Shown one piece after another: positions 53,755 through 62,039 of a stretch of 64,000 bases of DNA. The position numbers and the translations under genes are program-made. Each line of letters begins with the position of its first letter. The stretch's first letter is position 1. Location of the stretch: positions 186,001-250,000 of the IMG/VR virus record IMGVR_UViG_3300050120_000152; one strand, written 5' to 3'. Under the pieces are notes generated by a model. It had not been told where the DNA came from, ran no database searches, and saw only the letters and a list, made by a program, of their open reading frames with translations.

Positions 53755-54657
53755 ATGTTCTTTAATGTCGGTGATTTAATTTATTATGTGGTTGGTGGCG
53801 CGGTTGATTATGGTGTTTGCACTGCTATCAATTATACTTCTAATGTTGTTGTTAGCTATGTAGTAACAACTCTTGAAACTCCATTTACTCCTACTACAGT
53901 GTTAGTTGCAAATGCATATCCATCAGGATATGGTTTGATTCCAACCATTACCCCAACCCCTTCTCCTTCTATTGGATCAAGTCCAACCCCAACCCCAACT
54001 CATACGGTTACTCCTACTCCATCATCTTCACCAGCAGTACCAGTAAATATTTTTCCAACAGCATTAACAGATTGGACTTCTCCTAATGGTAATACTATTG
54101 CATTAGTTAATGGTGAGTTAGTGTTAACTAGTATATCAGCTGGCCCAACTTTTGTGCCAGCATATTTAGCCACTATTACCGTAAGTGCAAATACTTATTA
54201 TAAATTCTCCTTGAGATTCTTGGAAGGTACTTGTAGAAATGCTAGAATACAAGTATTTGGTAACGATACAGCAGCATTTGAACTTGCTGGCCCTCCTGCA
54301 CCAACAGTGAATGGTACTTTAATTAATAATGGTTATACTGATAGTGGATCAATATCGGCGAAGTTTAATTCAAAAACATCAACTACATTATATGTAGTAG
54401 TTTATTTATATGCTGATTCAAACTTTACGATAGCTGCCCCAACTGGCACAACATATAAAATTGCAGATACCTTCTTGGAACAGGATTATTCATATGTACC
54501 AGTAACACCTACACCATCACCTACAGCATCATTATCAGTAACACCTACCATTTCGGTAACACCATCTATTACAACTTCGATATCAGTAACCCCAACAATA
54601 TCAGTAACACCTACTATAACACCTACTATAACGGTGACACCAACACCAACACACTAA
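53755..54657 (+). CDS. modular surface protein: N-module/TP linker/CBM-like/terminal TP tail
   Basis: CBM-like domain paralogous to the one in 29278..30870 (YKF..RF.EG.C..A.I; LYADSN...AP.G..Y.I). Confidence 0.75.
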   Translation: MFFNVGDLIYYVVGGAVDYGVCTAINYTSNVVVSYVVTTLETPFTPTTVLVANAYPSGYGLIPTITPTPSPSIGSSPTPTPTHTVTPTPSSSPAVPVNIFPTALTDWTSPNGNTIALVNGELVLTSISAGPTFVPAYLATITVSANTYYKFSLRFLEGTCRNARIQVFGNDTAAFELAGPPAPTVNGTLINNGYTDSGSISAKFNSKTSTTLYVVVYLYADSNFTIAAPTGTTYKIADTFLEQDYSYVPVTPTPSPTASLSVTPTISVTPSITTSISVTPTISVTPTITPTITVTPTPTH

Positions 54658-54674
54658 TCAACCCGTTTGATTAT

Positions 54675-54704
54675 AAAAAATGGGGCCAACTGGCTCCATT
54701 TTTT
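54675..54704. terminator. bidirectional intrinsic terminator
   Basis: aaaaaatggggcc-aact-ggctccatttttt between convergent genes. Confidence 0.85.
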
Positions 54705-54718
54705 GTGACGTTTATAAA

Positions 54719-55699
54719 TTATAAAAATGATACCGTATCAGGGGTCACTTCGATAATTTTCCTTAGTTGAATCCAATTTTTAAAATTACCACTCCAAAAA
54801 CAGTTATCTTCTCTAAGGTCTACCGCACTTATTCCAGTTGGAGCATTAAATTTTCCTTCTGCATTCTGGCTTATATCATTAATATTTAATGGTGTGGCTT
54901 GATGTTCAAATGGAGAAAAATGCCATGGTTGTCCGGGTACACATAATTTAGATGCTATTCTCTTTGCTTTCTCTAGAGAAATATCTAAAGTTCTGTATGA
55001 TACTTGACAACAACATGATACGGAAATAGCAAGGGCATCATCTAAGGTATATCCCTCGTGTTCTACATCTTCGGGGGCATAATCTTTATATGCATTTATA
55101 GAATCATTTGGTGCCCAATATCCATCCCTAAAATAAGGAACATGCCACTCGTTATCATCTAATACTATAGGTGTACTTGCATTCATAGCTTTCCGCATCT
55201 TCTGCGCTAAAATATGAATTTCTGGTTGGGCATCATCATGGTCACGAAGCCAAAAAAAGTTCTCAAATTCTGTACCAGTAAGAACGGTTTTCATATGTGT
55301 AAACGGTTCAAGAATACGATTTACTACTTGTTTATGATACCCAGCTTCATCGTAAGCTGCTGCATGAAGAACTGCTGCATCTCTTGCTTCATACCACCAG
55401 TCTTCTCTAGTATATCCCACAAATTCGCTATCCCCAAAAATGAGGTTATCACATTCTTCTCTAGCACTCATACCGGGCTGATTCTTACCCCAATGTGATG
55501 GCATTGCAGGGTTAGCGTTAATTTGTTTAATGATATTTTTTACTGGCTGCGCCCTGCTACTTGACGAATTTTTTGAAAGCATTTTATGAGTATTTAATTC
55601 AGCTAGAATGAATCTTGGATATTCTAATTCAAATGTTGTTATGCGTTTACCAGTTGTTTTTGAAATCGAATCGGCAATAATTTTGGCTTCTATAGTCAT
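54719..55699 (-). CDS. thyX: FAD-dependent thymidylate synthase
   Basis: IIADS, RITTFELEYPRFILAELNTH...SKNSSSSRA.P, HFSPFEHQATP (phage ThyX subtype). Confidence 0.85.
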   Translation of the reverse strand: MTIEAKIIADSISKTTGKRITTFELEYPRFILAELNTHKMLSKNSSSSRAQPVKNIIKQINANPAMPSHWGKNQPGMSAREECDNLIFGDSEFVGYTREDWWYEARDAAVLHAAAYDEAGYHKQVVNRILEPFTHMKTVLTGTEFENFFWLRDHDDAQPEIHILAQKMRKAMNASTPIVLDDNEWHVPYFRDGYWAPNDSINAYKDYAPEDVEHEGYTLDDALAISVSCCCQVSYRTLDISLEKAKRIASKLCVPGQPWHFSPFEHQATPLNINDISQNAEGKFNAPTGISAVDLREDNCFWSGNFKNWIQLRKIIEVTPDTVSFL

Positions 55700-56112
55700 T
55701 TAGTTTCCTGTTTGTTATATTTTTCGTTTACTTTTTTATCAAAATTTTCAAATAATTTTGGTTCTTTTTTAAACCATTTATTAAAATGTATATAATATGA
55801 TCCATCTATAAATCGTTGAATGAATTCTTCTCTAGTTATATGCCCTAAAAAGTGTTCATCTAATGTTGTTCTTGGAATAATATATGAGTACAGTAGAATA
55901 TGATCATAATTTTTCCAACCTTCAAGAATATTTGCAGTACGTTTAACATTTGCAGTATCCAACTCATATCTTTCTTGCTCAAGACAATAATTATGGGCAT
56001 CATAGCAGCAACGTATAACACCTTCAGCAGTTACAACCCATCCAACATTAATAAATGTGTCTGCTATGATATTACCATTTTTCAGAAAATATGCTTGGCT
56101 AGGTAAACTCAT
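55696..56112 (-). CDS. hypothetical protein
   Basis: Coupled ORF in operon. Confidence 0.7.
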   Translation of the reverse strand: MSLPSQAYFLKNGNIIADTFINVGWVVTAEGVIRCCYDAHNYCLEQERYELDTANVKRTANILEGWKNYDHILLYSYIIPRTTLDEHFLGHITREEFIQRFIDGSYYIHFNKWFKKEPKLFENFDKKVNEKYNKQETK

Positions 56113-56276
56113 GAGTTTACCTCGTTTGGGTAATAAAATTTTGTTGCTTCACAATCGCAATATACGGGTTCATTCTCTAAATAAGTGATGACTCCTGTAC
56201 CACCACAATCATCACAATAAGGTGGTTTATATATTAATGGTTCGTCTAGTGCTTGTTCTATTTTATAGCATGTCAT
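56109..56276 (-). CDS. small CxxCxGxG zinc-finger protein (55 aa)
   Basis: Hand-translated MTCYKIEQ...YCDDCGGTGVITY...YCDCE... Confidence 0.6.
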   Translation of the reverse strand: MTCYKIEQALDEPLIYKPPYCDDCGGTGVITYLENEPVYCDCEATKFYYPNEVNS

Positions 56277-56277
56277 G

Positions 56278-56817
56278 TTAAATACTCATTATAAGATTAT
56301 TTCCGCCAACACCCGGAGAAAATTCAGCAGCAGCATTAATAGCTGTTTGAATTCTAGATTCTGGATCGGTTATAGCTGTTGTAGAGTATAATGATCCTAA
56401 TGCAAAATCTTCGCCACTTCCACAGGCATCAAATTCATTAATGCTTTCACCAACTTGAAAATCGCTTTCTATTTTATATAATTTAGTTTTATAACCTAAT
56501 AAAAATACACCACCGATAACAACATTTTCTTTTTTAGTTAGATACCCATGCGAATCATAACATTTAATCAATGCTGGAATAAATTTATTAACCAAATATT
56601 CCATATCGTCAGCGTCTTCATGTAACTGTTTGGGTGCAACAAATGAATATCTAAGTATTTGACCCATTCGATATGACGATGTAAATCCAAAAATCATATC
56701 ATTTTTAATGAATATTTTTTGATCGACTCGTATAACTTTTTTGTAATGGCTTGAGCCTAATGAATCTCCACCAATATAAACTTTTCCATTATCTTTAATA
56801 CCAACAATACATGTCAT
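56278..56817 (-). CDS. HslV/proteasome-beta-like Ntn hydrolase
   Basis: M-T-C-I-V-G start (Thr nucleophile), GGDS, ACGSG.DFALGSL. Confidence 0.8.
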   Translation of the reverse strand: MTCIVGIKDNGKVYIGGDSLGSSHYKKVIRVDQKIFIKNDMIFGFTSSYRMGQILRYSFVAPKQLHEDADDMEYLVNKFIPALIKCYDSHGYLTKKENVVIGGVFLLGYKTKLYKIESDFQVGESINEFDACGSGEDFALGSLYSTTAITDPESRIQTAINAAAEFSPGVGGNNLIMSI

Positions 56818-56837
56818 ATAGTTTCCCAATTTTTACA

Positions 56838-56866
56838 AGTATAACAGAGTTGAAACCTTCAATCAA
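56838..56866 (-). promoter_or_regulatory. sigma70-type promoter
   Basis: Minus strand TTGATT-17-TATACT; the -35 contains the upstream stop. Confidence 0.6.
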
Positions 56867-58059
56867 CCGAAGGAAGGTTCCATTTCACTAAAAATAACAT
56901 ATTGTACTTCAATGACCTCAATTGCGTAAATATCATATAATACATTATACAAACCTTTATCAGTTTTATACATGTAATTAGCAATACCTGCGCTTTGAGA
57001 AATATCTGCACTTATAGGAGTAACATCTTTAAAATCATTCAAAATAGTATAAATTTCTTTTTCGTCATCAGTAGTAAATCTTCCACCAAAAGACTCAAAA
57101 TAACTATTCATAACCAAATTGGCAACGTGCTGTTCATCTGTAATAGATTCTTCAAAAGATTGGAATGGGTTATCATGGTTGGCTCTAACATGTGCCATGA
57201 ATTGACCCAACTGTTTCCCGGCTAATCCTGTTAATTCTGAAACAATTGTACCATTAAATAATTTCTTAAATGCCTTCTGCTTTTCGTAGTTAGCTTTGGC
57301 TGTTTCAACTTCAATATGAAATTTATCACCAAAAACTAGGCGTGCACGATCATACTCAACCAATCGTTCTTCTGGCGTGAGTTTAGGTCTAGGTGCAATT
57401 CCTTTTTCGGAAATATACTCCAGCATGGCCTGATACATTTTACGCTTACGATTCCTAATACGATCAGCATGTGCCTGCTCTTCCAAGGTAAAGTATTGAG
57501 CATTGAAATATTTGCTAGTAGTAACAAATTGAAAAATATCTTCTTTAGTATCAAAACCTGCAAGCCATACTTTAGAATCATACCCCAAAAACTCCAATGC
57601 TTTGGCAGAATCGGCAGTAATATTAACAGAAATTTTATAATGATCATCAATATGATATTCATATGATAATCCATCTGAACCATATTTGAAATTTAAACCT
57701 CTAGCCACTCTACCAAAAAAGTTACCAATATCATTAAAATTCATATAACTCAATGTAGAAAGGAAATATTGTGACGAAGTTTTGATAAAATCTACCTGTA
57801 CTCCTTTATAAGCAAAGGAATAATAAGGCCCATTGGCATACTCATCAGCGGGGGAAAGTCTATCTCTTACCAATTCTTCGATATTTAATGTCGGTTGAGT
57901 TTCCACAATCATATCAATATCACCAAAATCATCTTTTTGGTAATAGGCTTTCACTGGCTTCATTTTTAATTCTGGAAAAATATCTTGAAGTTCATGACAA
58001 ATTTGAAAAAACTCACCTTTGTCGATTCTTCTAGCATTTTTGATAGCATTTCCACCCAT
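56863..58059 (-). CDS. nucleotidyltransferase (phage pol-beta-like)
   Basis: MGGNA start; KDDFGDIDMIV; VQVDFI. Confidence 0.7.
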   Translation of the reverse strand: MGGNAIKNARRIDKGEFFQICHELQDIFPELKMKPVKAYYQKDDFGDIDMIVETQPTLNIEELVRDRLSPADEYANGPYYSFAYKGVQVDFIKTSSQYFLSTLSYMNFNDIGNFFGRVARGLNFKYGSDGLSYEYHIDDHYKISVNITADSAKALEFLGYDSKVWLAGFDTKEDIFQFVTTSKYFNAQYFTLEEQAHADRIRNRKRKMYQAMLEYISEKGIAPRPKLTPEERLVEYDRARLVFGDKFHIEVETAKANYEKQKAFKKLFNGTIVSELTGLAGKQLGQFMAHVRANHDNPFQSFEESITDEQHVANLVMNSYFESFGGRFTTDDEKEIYTILNDFKDVTPISADISQSAGIANYMYKTDKGLYNVLYDIYAIEVIEVQYVIFSEMEPSFG

Positions 58060-58081
58060 GATAATATTCCTTTCACTTCAG

Positions 58082-58089
58082 TATAAATA
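58082..58089 (+). promoter_or_regulatory. T4-like late promoter
   Basis: TATAAATA upstream of 58116. Confidence 0.65.
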
Positions 58090-58115
58090 CAGAGTATATT
58101 GGAGTTTCTACCTAC

Positions 58116-59327
58116 ATGTCAAACGATTTATTCAACGTTTCAATTTCAACTAATATCAAAGCCGTAGAATATCGTAACGGTGAATCCAAATTATTATTCG
58201 AAAAAGCTAATAATATTCACCCACAAAATATGACTCGTATTCTTGCTAGAGCCTTATCACATGAAGCAAATTCCTATATTTACCGATTGGCATTAGGTAA
58301 TGGTGGTACTACTACGGGCGCAGACGGCTCTATTATATTTAAACCAGCCAATGATGGTAGTGATGGTAGTGGATGGCAATCAAGACTATATAATGAAACA
58401 TATTCTGAAGTCGTAGATGGTACTAGCTCATTGGTAGGAACCGATCCCGGTTCAGCCGATGCAAATAATGTTCGTCCCGGTGGTGGAGCTAATCCTGCTG
58501 ATGATCCTGCTCCTGATAATGTAGTATCTGTTGAAGTAGGTACAAAATCTAACGTTATTGTTACTATGTACTTAAACGAAAATGAACCATCTGCCGAATT
58601 ACTTGATATGACCCAACCTGCTGAAGGTGCTGCTGATTTATATTTTGATTTTAATGAACTTGGCCTCTATAGTTTTGGAAAACAGGCAAGAGATTCTTCG
58701 GGATATAGTTCAGTAAATGTTGGTAATAAAACATCATCGAGCAATTCTACGCTCACCCCAAGCACTTCCTATAACATCACTATAACAGTAGATGGGGTGC
58801 CACATACTGCTGTTATTACAACACCTTCGACTGGTACTGGAACGGCTGGCGCTCTTACTTATGGTGATATATGTGAAGGTATCAATGGTGGAGCGTGGAT
58901 CACTAGTGGCGATGCTCTTTATAATTTTGCTTATGTATATATTACAGATGATTCCAATGGAACGTATCCTACTATTTTAGCCAAACAATCTTACGGATAT
59001 TTAAATTTCCAAAGCTTGAGTTCTGGGTTGTCGTCCACTGTTAATCTATCATGCTCTACAGGTATTGGTACAGACTTTTTCAACGTATTGGTACTCGGTA
59101 TTTGTGGAAATGTTAATTACATTGTAGTCCCCGGTGCAATTGCGGGTGTCCAGAACGATAGCGTTACTCCAACTAATGAGCGTGAAAGACTATTGACACA
59201 TTTGATTTTTGCACCTATTAGAAAGACACAGGGAAGCACCATCGTTATCACTTATACATTGACTGTCTCAGTTAACCCCACTGTGTCAAGCATCACTAAC
59301 GAACTAATTGGTAATCCCCCTACATAA
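58116..59327 (+). CDS. putative baseplate/tail structural protein
   Basis: LALGNGGT, FNELGL, LLTHLIF.PI.K, ITYTLTV; late promoter. Confidence 0.6.
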   Translation: MSNDLFNVSISTNIKAVEYRNGESKLLFEKANNIHPQNMTRILARALSHEANSYIYRLALGNGGTTTGADGSIIFKPANDGSDGSGWQSRLYNETYSEVVDGTSSLVGTDPGSADANNVRPGGGANPADDPAPDNVVSVEVGTKSNVIVTMYLNENEPSAELLDMTQPAEGAADLYFDFNELGLYSFGKQARDSSGYSSVNVGNKTSSSNSTLTPSTSYNITITVDGVPHTAVITTPSTGTGTAGALTYGDICEGINGGAWITSGDALYNFAYVYITDDSNGTYPTILAKQSYGYLNFQSLSSGLSSTVNLSCSTGIGTDFFNVLVLGICGNVNYIVVPGAIAGVQNDSVTPTNERERLLTHLIFAPIRKTQGSTIVITYTLTVSVNPTVSSITNELIGNPPT

Positions 59328-59366
59328 TAGGAAACCGTTTTATGTGGGTGTCACTTTCTGAATTGC

Positions 59367-59777
59367 TTATGAATTATCAATTATATAAAATAATTTACGA
59401 TAATCATTCACCGTAAATTGTTCGCCAAATGGTTCCAATAATTTAATCATAAACTCGTGTAAATGGTACTGGTGCAATAATGCTTTATCATAATTCTTTG
59501 CATACCAGTTTAATGTATCCATGATTAATTTAAGTGATGTAGCAGAAAATACCTTACTCAAATCCCGGTTACGGATTAACCCATATAAACAATGATGGTA
59601 CATACTTAAATTAGATTGCCAATGATATCCACATACTATTGATTTGGTGCCGTATGAATGTGTATAATCATCTACTTTATACCTCTTATGCTTACCATCT
59701 CTAGTATATTGTTTCCATGATCCAATTATTGCTAAATATTGTTCTTTTGTCATGTTATTCTCCATTAAAATGTTCAA
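59367..59777 (-). CDS. hypothetical protein
   Basis: Start probably MTKEQY after GGAG. Confidence 0.65.
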   Translation of the reverse strand: MNILMENNMTKEQYLAIIGSWKQYTRDGKHKRYKVDDYTHSYGTKSIVCGYHWQSNLSMYHHCLYGLIRNRDLSKVFSATSLKLIMDTLNWYAKNYDKALLHQYHLHEFMIKLLEPFGEQFTVNDYRKLFYIIDNS

Positions 59778-59921
59778 TTTTATATATTACCAACCAATCA
59801 TATGCTGATTTAGCTTCTGCCTTCCATCGTGGAACATACTGTTCGTATCCACCTATCTTATTCCAATTTTCTGTATCTACCGGGATACCCGTATAAGTTG
59901 CCAGATATTTTAAAGCTTCAT

Positions 59922-60407
59922 CTATAGTTTTTTCATTGCTTCCGCACCAAACATGGCTGCATTGGAATGTAACTCAGCTAATGCAGTAATCATAAGAGTG
60001 CATAAATCTTGTGTCGATAAATTTTGGGCAAAAATTTGGTCTACTGACATAGTATGGCAATCCATATCATGGACAATCAGGTTGGAAATGATCGGTCGAT
60101 CTGGAAATAGGTCATCCCAAATTTCTTTAGATTTTTGTGCATGGTCAGGGAAATGTTGCTTACCAGCTTCATCAAACTTAATACAATAAGGCTTACCAAT
60201 ATCATGCCAGATATTGTAATGTTTAATAGTTTTGTAATCGTGAAGGTTATCAAAGATGTTATCTTTGTGATCGACATACCATTGCAGTAATCTAAATCCT
60301 TCGGTATCGCCTTCAAGAAGTTGGCGAGTATGATTCCAAACACTAAATCCATGCTGTAAGATGGATTGGGTTCCGGCCTGTTTGGTGGCTTTTAAGCGGC
60401 TAATCAT
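59922..60407 (-). CDS. HD-domain protein, probably C-terminally truncated
   Basis: QSILQHG, WHDIGKP, FPDHA, HDM, AELHSNA.MFG. Confidence 0.7.
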   Translation of the reverse strand: MISRLKATKQAGTQSILQHGFSVWNHTRQLLEGDTEGFRLLQWYVDHKDNIFDNLHDYKTIKHYNIWHDIGKPYCIKFDEAGKQHFPDHAQKSKEIWDDLFPDRPIISNLIVHDMDCHTMSVDQIFAQNLSTQDLCTLMITALAELHSNAAMFGAEAMKKL

Positions 60408-60418
60408 CTACGAAAGTT

Positions 60419-60604
60419 TCATGATACTTTTTTCCTATGTTGGGTTTTGTGAGTGAACCCGCAGTGGGTACACTTACTATTTAGGTGCACTTGTTTTGCG
60501 TCACATGCATCGCACCATATAGCATGTGAAGATTTTGGATATGTCTTTAACTCACGATTTAACTTTTGTGTTACAAATTCGATATCAGGATGATTTAATT
60601 TCAT
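60419..60604 (-). CDS. small zinc-ribbon protein
   Basis: CDAC...CTHC; TATAAATA at 60618-60625. Confidence 0.65.
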   Translation of the reverse strand: MKLNHPDIEFVTQKLNRELKTYPKSSHAIWCDACDAKQVHLNSKCTHCGFTHKTQHRKKVS

Positions 60605-60740
60605 GTTTCTTCAACTCTATTTATATGTTATACCCTTATAGCTTAATATTAGCTGAACAGACTTAATTTTGTAAAATAATCAAATCCACTACATGGTGCA
60701 TTATTTTTTGTTATGAATGGGATTACTAAATCTGAAATCA

Positions 60741-61196
60741 TTAATCTATTTTAATATTTAATAATTGTAAATCATGTGTAGATAAATCTTCATTAACTCT
60801 ACCAGCCATTTCACATTTCACGATTTGATGCTCACTCACCCCACCTTTAAGAATTCTACCTTGTGTAGTGGTCAAAATACTTAAAAATAAGGTTACTTCT
60901 GAATGATCTTCGCTGAATTGTAATCGTTCAACAATGGCATCGGCATCGGCGACATTGACTCTATAATTTTCCGTACCTTTACGCATACAAACTAGTGAGG
61001 TTTTAGCTTTAATTGTTTGCCCATATATATGTAACATATCTAATATTGAAGCTTTATCAATTTTGTATTGACCAAAATTAGTTTCATCAGCAATTTTAAA
61101 TTTTAATATGATATCAGTGTATGGATCAGTAGTAATAATTTCATCGGCAATAGGAAACGTCATAATATTCTCAATATTTAATACAAAGAATATCAT
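60741..61196 (-). CDS. hypothetical protein, possibly a degenerate prohead-protease fold
   Basis: ILTTTQGRILK resembles the gp21-type ILdTP.G.I.K; catalytic motifs not evident. Confidence 0.4.
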   Translation of the reverse strand: MIFFVLNIENIMTFPIADEIITTDPYTDIILKFKIADETNFGQYKIDKASILDMLHIYGQTIKAKTSLVCMRKGTENYRVNVADADAIVERLQFSEDHSEVTLFLSILTTTQGRILKGGVSEHQIVKCEMAGRVNEDLSTHDLQLLNIKID

Positions 61197-61203
61197 TTAT
61201 TTT

Positions 61204-62034
61204 TTATGTTGTCAATAACCACTTGGCTACACTAAGAGTGCTACAAGTAGCTAGAAACTTAGTTCTACAGTTATTTGATATGAAATTTAAATATTCAATA
61301 TCATTTTTATATGTTTCTATAAGATCAATCACATTACTAAAATCTGGCAAACATTCGATATAGTCGATACCAGCTTCAAATTTTTCCCCAAAGGGAAGTA
61401 ACGTAGAAATTTTGGATGTTATTACTGGAATACCAAAAGCGAAAGATTGTAGATGAGTTCGATCTAAAATATCAATTCGTGCACCCGGCACAACGACATT
61501 TATTCTGCAATTTTTCAACGATTCGAAGTATTGAAGTTGTTTAGTATAAGTAAAATCTACTGGAACACCATGGTACGACTCAAGCATGGATAATACCATT
61601 TCTCTACGTTCTGTAGCTGCGCCATAAGCTTTACATTTATAGAATATACTTCCAGTAGGATTATAGGTTACAACGTTTTCCAATCTATCATAGATATCCC
61701 AATCTATAAATGACATAGGTGGGAAAGGTAAACAGCGTGAATGGGATTTTTCTGTAGTATGTATTTTGAAATATTTTATATCTGCATCTAGTTTTTCTAA
61801 TTCTACCGTATTATAGTCAAAATCTGAATAATCAAACATGATACGCTTCCCATCTATAGTAACTATAAAATTATTGTTACTTGTACCATCTATGGTAGTA
61901 TCATCATTAGTAACAATGACATTCCCAACAAAAGATAGATAATTTTTAACATGCTTATAATGTGTTACATAATAAGCATGCTGGGCTTCTACACATAACC
62001 CTTGACACGCTTTGCCGGGAAATAATATATCCAC
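61204..62034 (-). CDS. GT-B-like glycosyltransferase
   Basis: YFESL..CRI.VVVPG...R..QSFAFG.PVIT...GIDYIEC..DFSN. Confidence 0.6.
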   Translation of the reverse strand: MDILFPGKACQGLCVEAQHAYYVTHYKHVKNYLSFVGNVIVTNDDTTIDGTSNNNFIVTIDGKRIMFDYSDFDYNTVELEKLDADIKYFKIHTTEKSHSRCLPFPPMSFIDWDIYDRLENVVTYNPTGSIFYKCKAYGAATERREMVLSMLESYHGVPVDFTYTKQLQYFESLKNCRINVVVPGARIDILDRTHLQSFAFGIPVITSKISTLLPFGEKFEAGIDYIECLPDFSNVIDLIETYKNDIEYLNFISNNCRTKFLATCSTLSVAKWLLTT

Positions 62035-62039
62035 ACCTA

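Noticed and set aside
60077-60352. 91-aa same-strand ORF overlapping the HD gene
   Set aside because: It lies wholly inside 59922..60407 in another frame, and the HD frame carries the conserved motifs.
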